64,000 nt of DNA from Candidatus Poriferisodalis sp. (lineage in GTDB: Bacteria > Actinomycetota > Acidimicrobiia > Acidimicrobiales > Poriferisodalaceae), in the NCBI RefSeq assembly GCF_965221945.1, contig NZ_OZ244925.1:3466091-3530090 (forward strand), given 5' to 3'. Made by a program: the position numbers and the translations under genes. Below, one piece after another: positions 1 through 8,253 of this stretch. Each line of letters opens with the position of its first letter. Position 1 is the first letter of the stretch. A model generated the notes under the pieces. It was not told the origin of the DNA, did no database searches, and saw only the letters and a list, made by a program, of their open reading frames with translations.

Positions 1-748
1 CTACACGGGGCCATGGCGTGACGAGGGGGACATCGAAGGGGGCATCGGAGTCGGCAGCGACCCGGGTGGGCGTCCGCAGCCAGGCCCGCCGGCGGTGCCG
101 AGACAGGCTCCCGCTACGACGCGACGGGGCGGGATGCTGCTGGCGGGCTCGGCCATGGGCGTCGTGCGTGCCATGACCGGCTTCACGCTGTTTCTTATTG
201 CGTTCTGGCTGCGCACCGACGATGCGGCGCCGTGGTGGTTCGGTTTCATGTTCACGGCGAGTGCTGTCGGCCAGCTGGTGGGCGCCGTGTCCGCGCCCTG
301 GTTGCGTCGCCGCATCCGTGAGGAGGCCCTGCTCGCCTGCACTCTTCTGCTGGCAGCCGTTGTGTCGTTCTATGTGGTGACGGCGCCCGATCGGGTATCG
401 GTGCTGGGGCTGGCCATGGTGATCGGACTCATGTCCGCTCTGGGGAAGCTGTGCTTCGACGCGATCGTGCAGCGCGACGAGCTGCCTGCGGATCATGGCC
501 GCACGTTTGCCCGCTTCGAGACCCGCTTCCAGGTGATGTGGGTGATCGGCGCGCTGGTGCCGGTGGTTACGCCGAACGGCATCCTGCCGCTGCGGGCCGG
601 GGTGATGCTGCTGGGCATCGCCGCCACCGTGGCGGTGGTTCTCTACCTCGGGGGGCTGTGGGCGCTGGCTCGGGGCCGGCGTCCTCCTTCGGAGATCATC
701 GCCACCCGTGTGCGGACCCGTATCCGCCGCAAGAATCAGACGTCGTGA
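1..748 (+). CDS. MFS-type permease, C-terminal six-TM half (5'-partial at window edge)
   Basis: Frame 2 is open from the window edge. The ORF from GTG 95 has six hydrophobic spans (GFTLFLIAFWL, WWFGFMFTASAVGQLVGAV, VMLLGIAATVAVVLYLGGLWAL and others). The family call rests on topology only. Confidence 0.5.
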   Translation, partial: YTGPWRDEGDIEGGIGVGSDPGGRPQPGPPAVPRQAPATTRRGGMLLAGSAMGVVRAMTGFTLFLIAFWLRTDDAAPWWFGFMFTASAVGQLVGAVSAPWLRRRIREEALLACTLLLAAVVSFYVVTAPDRVSVLGLAMVIGLMSALGKLCFDAIVQRDELPADHGRTFARFETRFQVMWVIGALVPVVTPNGILPLRAGVMLLGIAATVAVVLYLGGLWALARGRRPPSEIIATRVRTRIRRKNQTS

Positions 749-851
749 CTAGCCGTGGTAACTGGTCAAGTGGCAGGTTGAGGCGGGCTAGCCACAGGCC
801 GGCCAGCCAGAGGCCGGGCGCCGCAAGCAGGTCTGGCGCAAGAACGTCGGG

Positions 852-2177
852 CTAGAGCGGCAGGTCGAGGCGGGCTAGCCACAGGCCGGGCGCCGCAAGC
901 TCGTTGGGTGTCGGGAGCGCCCCTTGTTCCCACAGGCGGGCCAAGCCCTCCCGGCCGGCTCGCTCGATCACGCCGGCAACGAAGTTGTCGCCCCGGTAGC
1001 GGGCTTCGGCGCTCAGCCGCACTCCCAGCAGCCGATCTGCAAAGTCCGTTCCCTGCGCGGCAACCTGGCGTCGCCGCACGGCCTCGCTCAGTGCGCCGAA
1101 GCCACCGATGAGCCGGGGCCCCGCCTGGGCGACCACATCATCGACATAGGCGTGGACGACGCTCAGCAGCGTCTCGAGCCGTTGCACGGTGTCGTTTTGG
1201 CTGTCGTCTCGTGACACGCCCAACAGCAGCTCGGGGTTGCCGAAGATGCGCTGCAGCTGCGTGTTCATCTGCTGGGATGCGTCCGCGCTGTCGGCGAGCG
1301 CCGTGAGGTCGAGGTCCAGGTCGTCAAAGGTGGGCTCGCTGCGGCGGAAGCCGTCCACGTAGCGGTGCAGCAGCCTGTCGAGCTCGGCATGCACGTGTGT
1401 CACCGACAGCACCGAGTGCATGGCGTGCTCCCGGATGGCGACCCACAGCATCACGTCGTCGACGTCGAGGCTCCATTCGCCGGCGAAGTCGGTGATGTTG
1501 GCGGGCACGATGAGCACTCGGTCGTGCCGGCGGGGCACCCCGAGGTCCGAGTTGCCGAATGCCTTGGTGGCGAGGTGGCCGGCCATCATGCCGGCGGTCA
1601 TGGCCACGGTCATCGGGCTCATCATGCGGAGCAGGCCGGCGAAGGGGTCCATGCTGTGTTCTTGACCATGTTCTTGGTCGCTGGCCAGGCGTTCGGACAG
1701 GCGATCCATGAGGGGGCGGATGGTTTCGAGTGCGTCGCTGGCCCACCCCGAGCGGGTGACAGGATCGGTGCGTGGGGGACGGCCGCCGGATGTGGGATCG
1801 AGGTTGGTGACATGGGCCACATGCAGTTCTGCTACCCGGCTGATCTCGCTGAGGCGGTGCCGGACGACTGGGTCGACGTTGTGTTCGAGCTTGCCGCCGG
1901 TGGCGAGTTGGTTGGCGGCCTGCCGGGCGCCTTCCCAGAGGTTTGCGTCATTGCCGAGGAGCGCGGCGATGTCACCGAGAAACGGGATGCCCGAGAACGG
2001 GTTGTCTTCGTCGTCGGGAGGGGCCACAACGGCATGGTACGGCTGGGCGAACCGGCCGAGGGTGTCGCTGGGATGGGGTGTCGCTGGGATCGGGTGTCGC
2101 TGGGATCGGGTGTCGCTGGGATCGGGCATGGTAGGGCTGGGCGCACCGGCTGGGGCATCGTAGGGATATGACCCCAC
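852..2177 (-). CDS. DUF2342/zincin-like putative hydrolase (start uncertain, alternative GTG at 2027)
   Basis: 441-aa ORF. The body (NPFSGIPFLGDIAALLG..., LWVAIREHAMHSV) resembles the actinobacterial zinc-dependent metalloprotease-like family. The first ~50 codons run through a 16-bp tandem repeat, so the real start is probably downstream. Confidence 0.5.
   Translation of the reverse strand: MGSYPYDAPAGAPSPTMPDPSDTRSQRHPIPATPHPSDTLGRFAQPYHAVVAPPDDEDNPFSGIPFLGDIAALLGNDANLWEGARQAANQLATGGKLEHNVDPVVRHRLSEISRVAELHVAHVTNLDPTSGGRPPRTDPVTRSGWASDALETIRPLMDRLSERLASDQEHGQEHSMDPFAGLLRMMSPMTVAMTAGMMAGHLATKAFGNSDLGVPRRHDRVLIVPANITDFAGEWSLDVDDVMLWVAIREHAMHSVLSVTHVHAELDRLLHRYVDGFRRSEPTFDDLDLDLTALADSADASQQMNTQLQRIFGNPELLLGVSRDDSQNDTVQRLETLLSVVHAYVDDVVAQAGPRLIGGFGALSEAVRRRQVAAQGTDFADRLLGVRLSAEARYRGDNFVAGVIERAGREGLARLWEQGALPTPNELAAPGLWLARLDLPL
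2061..2124. repeat. 16-bp x4 tandem repeat GGTGTCGCTGGGAT(G/C)G
   Basis: Read directly: four head-to-tail units at 2061-2076, 2077-2092, 2093-2108 and 2109-2124. It lies in the divergent region between the hydrolase ORF and the epimerase gene. Confidence 0.9.
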
Positions 2178-3133
2178 GGATCGCGGTGACGGGCGCGGGC
2201 GGCGTGATCGGCGCCCGGGTGCTGCAGTGGCTGGCTGGGTCCTTCGACGAGGTCGTGGATATCGACGATGCTGGCGGGGCTGGCGGGGCTGGCGGGGCTG
2301 ACCTGTTCGGCGCCGAGGTACTGGTGCACTTGCGGTTGACCCGTGAGGTGACCACGGATCGTCTGCGCCGGGTACTCGCAGTTGCGGATGGGGTCAAACA
2401 TCTGACGCTGGTGTCGAGCGCCGCCGTCTATGGGGCGTGGCCGAACCATCCGACGCCCATCTCGGAGGACGTGCCGGTGCGGCCCAATCTCGAGTCGTCG
2501 TTCGCCGTGCACCAGGCTGATGCCGAACGCACGGTCCTGGACTGGCGTGATGCTGATCCAGCCCGCACGGTGGCGATTCTGCGGCCGGCGCCTGTGGTTT
2601 CGAGCGGCATCGGGGGGCCGATCGGCGAGGCGATGCTTGCCGCAGCGCCCATTCGCACTGGAAGCGACGATCCGCCCGTGCAGTTCCTGCACCTGGACGA
2701 CCTGGCGTCCGCCGTTGTGCTCGCCACGCAGCGCCGCCTGTCGGGCGTGTTCAACGTGGCCCCCGACGGCTGGCTGTCGCCTGGCGAGCTGCGGGCCCTG
2801 CTGGGGGCCCGGCCCAAGATCCGCCTGCCCATGCCGTTGCCCAAGCGGCTCGACCGCTACGTGGCCAGCCGGGTCGGCCATTCCGCCCCCGAGGGACTGC
2901 TGCCGTACACCCGCTATAGCTGGGTGGTGGCCAACGATCGGCTCCGTGCGGAGGGCTGGACGCCCCGCTACAGCAGTGCCCAGGCGTACGTGATTGCGGA
3001 CGTCGGAATGCCCTGGGACGACCTCAATGCGCGCCAACGCCAGCACGCGATGTTGGTCGGCGCAGGGGCTGCTTTGGTGGCCGGAGGGTGGGCTGCCGCG
3101 GCCTGGCTCCGGCGCTCCTACGCTTTGCGATGA
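2168..3133 (+). CDS. NAD-dependent epimerase/dehydratase family (SDR) protein
   Basis: N-terminal Rossmann motif IAVTGAGGVIGARV. Length 321 aa and an SDR-like core (SSAAVYG). Confidence 0.7.
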   Translation: MTPRIAVTGAGGVIGARVLQWLAGSFDEVVDIDDAGGAGGAGGADLFGAEVLVHLRLTREVTTDRLRRVLAVADGVKHLTLVSSAAVYGAWPNHPTPISEDVPVRPNLESSFAVHQADAERTVLDWRDADPARTVAILRPAPVVSSGIGGPIGEAMLAAAPIRTGSDDPPVQFLHLDDLASAVVLATQRRLSGVFNVAPDGWLSPGELRALLGARPKIRLPMPLPKRLDRYVASRVGHSAPEGLLPYTRYSWVVANDRLRAEGWTPRYSSAQAYVIADVGMPWDDLNARQRQHAMLVGAGAALVAGGWAAAAWLRRSYALR

Positions 3134-3600
3134 TGATGGTGCCGCCGCAGCACGACACTTGGGTGGAATTGACGCCCGAGGAGCTGCCGATCGCGGCCAT
3201 TTATGACTGGGCGCTCGACCCGGAGGCGGGGGCGGTGGTGCTGTTCTCGGGCACGGTCCGTGACCACGCCGAGCACCGCACGGGTGTTACGCAATTGGTC
3301 TATGAGGCGTACGAGTCGGAGGTTGGGCCGCGGCTTGCCGACATCGCTGCCGAGATGCGGCAGCGGTGGCCGAGCGTGCGCAAGGCGGCGCTGTTGCATC
3401 GGGTGGGGACACTGTGCCTGACCGAGAGCTCGGTGGTGGTGGCCGCTTCGGCTCCGCATCGTGATGCAGCATTCGAAGCCGCCCGGTTCGGTATCGATAC
3501 CTTGAAGGCCACGGTGCCGATCTGGAAGCAAGAGCATCACGACGGCGGAACCGACTGGGGTTTGCAGCCGCAGCCGATCGCGCAGGTGCCCGGGTCATGA
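3130..3600 (+). CDS. moaE: molybdopterin synthase catalytic subunit MoaE
   Basis: GAVVLFSGTVRDH..., VSSVVVAASAPHRDAAFEAARFGIDTLKATVPIWKQE is a typical MoaE core. ATG 3130 overlaps the upstream stop (ATGA). Confidence 0.85.
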   Translation: MMMVPPQHDTWVELTPEELPIAAIYDWALDPEAGAVVLFSGTVRDHAEHRTGVTQLVYEAYESEVGPRLADIAAEMRQRWPSVRKAALLHRVGTLCLTESSVVVAASAPHRDAAFEAARFGIDTLKATVPIWKQEHHDGGTDWGLQPQPIAQVPGS

Positions 3601-4820
3601 GCCCGCTGCTGTTTCTGGCTATCGCCATAGTGGTGCCGTTGTTGGGAATGGCTGTGCTGGGCGTGGGCGCCCGCTTGAAGAGCCAGCGTGTGACCGACGA
3701 CGAAACCGAGCCGTTCCGGCGGAGGTTGGCATCGATTGCTCCCCGATCGTCGGGTGGGCGATCGTTGGGCACACCGGGGCTGGTGCAGATGATGCGGCGG
3801 CTGAGGGGCGCACGAGGCGCTGACCCGGCTGACGCGAGCGATGCGGCTGTTGATGCGGCGGCAGCCAACGCGGGAACAAGAGGCTCAGCGGACAGCGCGG
3901 CGTCGAGAGGCGCTGCGGCGAGGGACGCGGCTGGCGGTGCGGCGGCGAGAAGCACGGCGGCGGGTGGCGCGGCTGACGGTGGGTTGGCGGGTGGCGCTGC
4001 GGCGGGTGGCGCGGCGTCTGACGCTGGGACGGCTGGGAACGATGGGGGCAGAAGGCAACGGCGCGGCCGGCGTCGGCAGCGCACCCAACGGCCCGAGACA
4101 ACAATCGGCGTAGTTCGCCCCAAGGCCACGACTGCCAGCGTCCGGCTGATCGAGCGCGAGTACTCGTTGCCGCTGCTGCCACCATTCAGCGCCGAGCATG
4201 ACGATCCCGCTTGGCAGCGACGGGATGCCCGCACGCATGCACCCGGCCGACGACCCGAAGCCCGGCAACCACCGGCCCGAAAGACGGAGCCATCGGCCAG
4301 TTCAACCCAGCCTCTGGCCAGTTCAACCCAGTCTCCGCCCAGTTCAACCCAGCCAGGGTTCGGTTCTGCACAGTCGCCGGCTCATTCAGCGCAACCAAGG
4401 GTCGGCTCTGCACGATCGCTGGCCGATACGACGCAGCCGTCGCCGCGCTCGATACGGCCGCCGGGTTCCAGCGTTCGCCTCCTACCCGCACAGGGGAGCG
4501 GCCGAGACCAAGATCAGCATCGACGGCCTGTCTCAAGCCCGGCATCCGATGGCCGTCCTGATGCCGACCGTCCTGATGCCAGCCGCCGCGGTGCCGTCCG
4601 TCGTGATGCCGACCGCCGCGGTGCCGTCCGTCGTGATGCCGACCGCCGCGTACACAGCACAGTCGGCACTCCTCTGACCGCCCCCACAGCTCCGGAGCCC
4701 CCGCAGGCTGCGCCCCAGTTCAAGGGCACAGTGCGGCTCGTGGAGGTCCAGACTCCAATCGTGCCTCCACGCAACGAACGGGTCACATCTCGCAACCAAA
4801 GGCGTCGTCCTGCCTCGTGA
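3597..4820 (+). CDS. membrane-anchored Ala/Arg/Pro-rich low-complexity repeat protein
   Basis: ATGA overlap with the moaE stop. N-terminal TM helix LLFLAIAIVVPLLGMAVLGV. The rest is low complexity with in-frame 21-nt (4297-4359) and 30-nt (4589-4648) tandem repeats. No recognisable domain. Confidence 0.4.
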   Translation: MSPLLFLAIAIVVPLLGMAVLGVGARLKSQRVTDDETEPFRRRLASIAPRSSGGRSLGTPGLVQMMRRLRGARGADPADASDAAVDAAAANAGTRGSADSAASRGAAARDAAGGAAARSTAAGGAADGGLAGGAAAGGAASDAGTAGNDGGRRQRRGRRRQRTQRPETTIGVVRPKATTASVRLIEREYSLPLLPPFSAEHDDPAWQRRDARTHAPGRRPEARQPPARKTEPSASSTQPLASSTQSPPSSTQPGFGSAQSPAHSAQPRVGSARSLADTTQPSPRSIRPPGSSVRLLPAQGSGRDQDQHRRPVSSPASDGRPDADRPDASRRGAVRRDADRRGAVRRDADRRVHSTVGTPLTAPTAPEPPQAAPQFKGTVRLVEVQTPIVPPRNERVTSRNQRRRPAS

Positions 4821-5814
4821 CCTGGCGATCGATCTCGGCACCGCGAACACGCTGGTGTACGAGCGGGGACGCGGCATCGTGTTCAACGAGCCGTCGGTCA
4901 TCGCTCTCAATGAGCGTTCGGGCGACGTGCTGTCGGTCGGGCGCGAAGCGTGGCAGATGATCGGGCGCACGCCCAGCTACATCATCGCTGCACGACCGCT
5001 GCGCCACGGTGCCATCACTGACTTCGACATCACCCAGCGGATGATCCGGCTCATCCTCCAGGGCGTCGGTGTCGGCCGCTTCGGCCGGACCCGTGTCGCT
5101 GTCTGCGTGCCGTCGCTCATCACGCCGGTGGAACGGCGTGCGGTGATCGAGGCTGCGCGTCGAGCTGGTGCGTCCGATGTCCGGCTCATCGAGCAGCCGA
5201 TCGCCGCGGCCATCGGCTCCGGCCTGCCGATCCACGAGCCCACCGGCTCGCTGGTGATCGACATCGGTGGCGGCACCGCCGAGATTGCGATGGTGTCGCT
5301 AGGCGGCATGGTGTCGCTGCGTGCGGTGCGGGTGGGGTCTTTCGACTTCGACACTGCACTGATGAACTACTCACGACGTGTGCACGGCATCGCCATCGGC
5401 GAGCGCACTGCCGAGGAACTGAAGATCAGTATCGGGTCGGCGTGGCCGATCGACGACAAGTTCGACGCCGAAGTGAAGGGGCGCGACCTGACAACGGGGC
5501 TGCCCCGCACGTTCCTCATCACACCGACCGAGGTGCGATCGGCGCTGGCAGACACGGTGGAGCTCATCGTGGAGGCCGTGCTGGAGTGCTTGGGCGAGGC
5601 ACCGCCGGAGCTGGCACAGGACCTTATTCACACCGGTGCCCTGATGGTCGGCGGCGGGTCTCTGCTGCGGGGGCTGGACCAGCGCATCGCATCTGAGGCT
5701 CGGGTGCCGGTGCTGCGGTCGGAGTCGCCGCTTGAGACGGTGGTGCTAGGTGCGGGCCGAGCGCTCGAGAACTTCGAAGCACTGCACGCCTCGCACACCA
5801 TTCCCGGCCGGTAG
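4810..5814 (+). CDS. mreB: rod shape-determining actin homologue MreB
   Basis: DLAIDLGTANTLVYERGRGIVFNEPSVIA..., DIGGGTAEIAMVSLGG, GGGSLLRGLD are canonical MreB motifs. The start is unresolved: no ATG/GTG/TTG lies upstream of the conserved N-terminus (see findings), so CTG 4810 is used provisionally. Confidence 0.88.
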   Translation: MPRDLAIDLGTANTLVYERGRGIVFNEPSVIALNERSGDVLSVGREAWQMIGRTPSYIIAARPLRHGAITDFDITQRMIRLILQGVGVGRFGRTRVAVCVPSLITPVERRAVIEAARRAGASDVRLIEQPIAAAIGSGLPIHEPTGSLVIDIGGGTAEIAMVSLGGMVSLRAVRVGSFDFDTALMNYSRRVHGIAIGERTAEELKISIGSAWPIDDKFDAEVKGRDLTTGLPRTFLITPTEVRSALADTVELIVEAVLECLGEAPPELAQDLIHTGALMVGGGSLLRGLDQRIASEARVPVLRSESPLETVVLGAGRALENFEALHASHTIPGR

Positions 5815-5829
5815 CGGACCGTCCGCAGC

Positions 5830-5889
5830 GGTGGCGTCCGCTGGGGTGGCGTCCGCTGGGGTGGCGTCCGCTGGGGTGGTGCGTCGGGC
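5830..5889. repeat. 15-bp tandem repeat GGTGGCGTCCGCTGG x3 plus a degenerate fourth unit
   Basis: Read directly at 5830-5844, 5845-5859 and 5860-5874, with a partial unit at 5875-5889. It sits between the mreB stop and the next gene's start. Confidence 0.9.
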
Positions 5890-7243
5890 TGTCTTCTGGG
5901 TGACCGCATTGATGTTGCTGGCGGTCGCGGGCTGCTCGGGATCGCCTTCTGAACCAGCGCCAACGTTCCCGCCGCAACCGGCTCCCGCCGATGGCTTCGA
6001 CGCAGGCACGTTGACCTTGGGTGTGTTGGTTGACCTATCGGGCCCAGGCGCCGGGGCGGATCGTGCGGCGCTCGCCGGCGTGCAGGCCTACTGGGCTGGG
6101 GTCAATGCTCGTGGCGGGGTGGCGCAGCTGTACTCGGTCGAGTTGTCGGTGAGGGACCTAGGCAATGTTGAAGCGGCCGCTGCCGCGCTCGAGGGGTGGG
6201 ACATAGCAGCGCTGGCCTACGTGAGCGCGGGCGTCGACACGGTCGAGCTCACCAGGCCTCGTCGCACCTCGTCCGGCACTCCCTCCGAAGTCCCGTCTGA
6301 CGTCTCGCTCACGAATTTGCCCCTTCCGGCCGTGCCCGCGGTGGCCACGCTCGGCGGTGAGGACCTGGCCTGGGTACTCACATCGACAACGCCGGTGGAG
6401 CTGACCACGGTGGCCCTGCTGGACCGATTCCGAGCGAGCGGTCCGGGGGCGACCTGGTGCGTCGTGCTGGACGGCTCACACCTCGGCCGTCAGGTTGCGG
6501 CAGCGGCCCATGTGGCGGGCGCGGCCCGTGAGACGGTGCCGGCGATGCTCGACCTCGACGTGGGCGAGATCGAGGTGCTCGACCTGTCTGCATCTGTGTT
6601 CGACATCGCCGACGCGGTCGCCGACCGACGTTGCCGCTACGTGCTGGTCGAGGTTGCCGAGCCGCGGGCGACCGGTGTGCTCGAACAACTGCCGCCGAAC
6701 CTGACCGTGGTGCGGCGCGCCACCCTGGCTGCCGAACTTGAACTGCCGACGCAGGTAGAGCTGTTCATCGACCCGGCGCCGCCGTGGACGGCCGGCCAGT
6801 CCGCTGTGATGGACGCTTTCGCCGCCGACTGGGCAAGCTTCGCCGCTGGCACGCAGCCTGTCTCGGGCTCGCAGCCTGTCTCGGGCACGCAGCCCGACTC
6901 GCGCACGCAGCCCGACTCGGGCACGCGGGCTGGATGGCTGTCGCAGTTGCGCCTGCACGCACTGCTGGAGGACGCAATCGCTGGCGGCGACGTGAGCCGT
7001 GAGCTACTGGTGGAGCTCTCTGGACTTATCGAGCCGGTCGATCCCGATCGCAACACGCTGCCCGGCGTGCCCCGCCTCGGCATGGACATCTCCGAACCAG
7101 TCGGCGGCGGTCCGTTGCGCACGCTCCGTCTCTACGGACGCAGCGACGTCGGCGCAGACGCCCGCGGACTGCGCCAAGTACTCCTCTACGACGCAACACG
7201 CTTCGTGGAAGAACTGCGAGACCGCCTCAGCACCCGTGGCTAG
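5876..7243 (+). CDS. lipoprotein, periplasmic-binding-protein-like (Leu/Ile/Val-binding type I fold suspected)
   Basis: Lipobox LLAVAGCSGS after a hydrophobic helix. GVLVDLSGPGAGADRAALAGVQAYWAGVNARGGV resembles Peripla_BP_6 N-termini. An 18-nt x4 repeat lies at 6854-6925 (QPVSG/QPDS). The start was chosen after the mreB stop. Confidence 0.5.
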   Translation: MVRRAVFWVTALMLLAVAGCSGSPSEPAPTFPPQPAPADGFDAGTLTLGVLVDLSGPGAGADRAALAGVQAYWAGVNARGGVAQLYSVELSVRDLGNVEAAAAALEGWDIAALAYVSAGVDTVELTRPRRTSSGTPSEVPSDVSLTNLPLPAVPAVATLGGEDLAWVLTSTTPVELTTVALLDRFRASGPGATWCVVLDGSHLGRQVAAAAHVAGAARETVPAMLDLDVGEIEVLDLSASVFDIADAVADRRCRYVLVEVAEPRATGVLEQLPPNLTVVRRATLAAELELPTQVELFIDPAPPWTAGQSAVMDAFAADWASFAAGTQPVSGSQPVSGTQPDSRTQPDSGTRAGWLSQLRLHALLEDAIAGGDVSRELLVELSGLIEPVDPDRNTLPGVPRLGMDISEPVGGGPLRTLRLYGRSDVGADARGLRQVLLYDATRFVEELRDRLSTRG

Positions 7244-7375
7244 ACGAGCTTGTGTCCCGTGTCTCGGTGCATGGGAGTGGGGGCATCCGTGCTTCAAACA
7301 GATGCAGCGCTTCGTGCGCTGGCGGGTCGGCGGGTCAGCGGTCAGGCAGGGCAGGACACGAATTCGGCAGCGCTG

Positions 7376-8041
7376 TCAGTGGACAGGCACGCCGAGCAAT
7401 TCGCCGGCGACGGCTCGCACCTGGCGGTCACGGTCCTCGAGCGCCGCTCGCACAGCGTCGGCGGCACGGTCATCGTCGAACTGGTGCAGGCCTAGCAGCG
7501 CCCGGCGCCGGATCTGAGGACGATCCTCCATGGCGGCCAACAGGACTTCGAGCGCCATCGCCTGAGCCGCATCAGGACCTGCGTCAGCGTCAGCATCAGC
7601 ATCCAAGCCCGCGGCAATCGCACCCAGCGCCGCGACAGCACTCTCACGGCACAGCGGATCATCGTGTCCACGGGCAACCTGGCACAGCTCCTCAACCGGC
7701 CCAGGATCCCGGTCACGCTCGCCGAGCGCAGCCGCCGCAGCCTCCACCACTGACACATCCGGATCGCTCAGCAGCCCCACAAGCTCGACCTCGACCGGTG
7801 CCAATTCCGCAGCACGGCACCGCACCGCCGCTGCCTCATCCCCCAGCGCCCGCCTGATCTGGGCGACCTGCAGCTCACCGCAGCGCGCCAGTGCCCCGAG
7901 CGCCGCCGCTCGCACGGCCGCCGCGCTATCAGAAAGCAGCCGCTCGGCGACCGCAGCCTCGCCCCGGTGCCCGGCCACTACCGCCTCGAGCCGGCGCGCA
8001 TAGGCGTCGTCCGCCGCCTCGCCGAGCCCACCGCCACTCAT
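7376..8041 (-). CDS. HEAT/PBS-lyase-like repeat protein
   Basis: Repeated D..VR.AA..ALG units (DSAAAVRAAALGALARCG, DPDVSVVEAAAAALGE, DRDRQVRAVAGELLG). ATG 8041 overlaps the upstream stop (ATGA). The longer 380-aa ORF extension has no coding features. Confidence 0.6.
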   Translation of the reverse strand: MSGGGLGEAADDAYARRLEAVVAGHRGEAAVAERLLSDSAAAVRAAALGALARCGELQVAQIRRALGDEAAAVRCRAAELAPVEVELVGLLSDPDVSVVEAAAAALGERDRDPGPVEELCQVARGHDDPLCRESAVAALGAIAAGLDADADADAGPDAAQAMALEVLLAAMEDRPQIRRRALLGLHQFDDDRAADAVRAALEDRDRQVRAVAGELLGVPVH

Positions 8042-8217
8042 CCGATGAGCGCTTCGAGCACGAGCGCCCCCACAGCCGCGCCAATGGCCACCAACGCCAC
8101 CAGCGCCATAGCGCACAGAGCGGTGAACGCCGCCAAGCCGACAACCGCAACCAACCTGCGCCAGATCGCTGTCGGCTTGTACGGCCAGCGCCCCGACTTC
8201 GTGGGCCCGAAATCCAT
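8038..8217 (-). CDS. small membrane protein
   Basis: 59-aa ORF (MDFGPTKSGRWPYKP...) with a C-terminal hydrophobic stretch LVAVVGLAAFTALCAMALVALVAIGAAVGALVL. It is coupled to the HEAT gene by ATGA. Confidence 0.35.
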   Translation of the reverse strand: MDFGPTKSGRWPYKPTAIWRRLVAVVGLAAFTALCAMALVALVAIGAAVGALVLEALIG

Positions 8218-8253
8218 GGGCCCAATATGCACCATTGACCGGCCGAACCGCGC

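Noticed and set aside
1832-4234. Long antisense ORFs (1832-3046 -, 3287-4234 -, 3619-4185 -)
   Set aside because: They overlap well-supported genes (SDR, moaE) on the other strand and are Arg/Pro/Ala-rich with no motifs. These are typical high-GC shadow ORFs.
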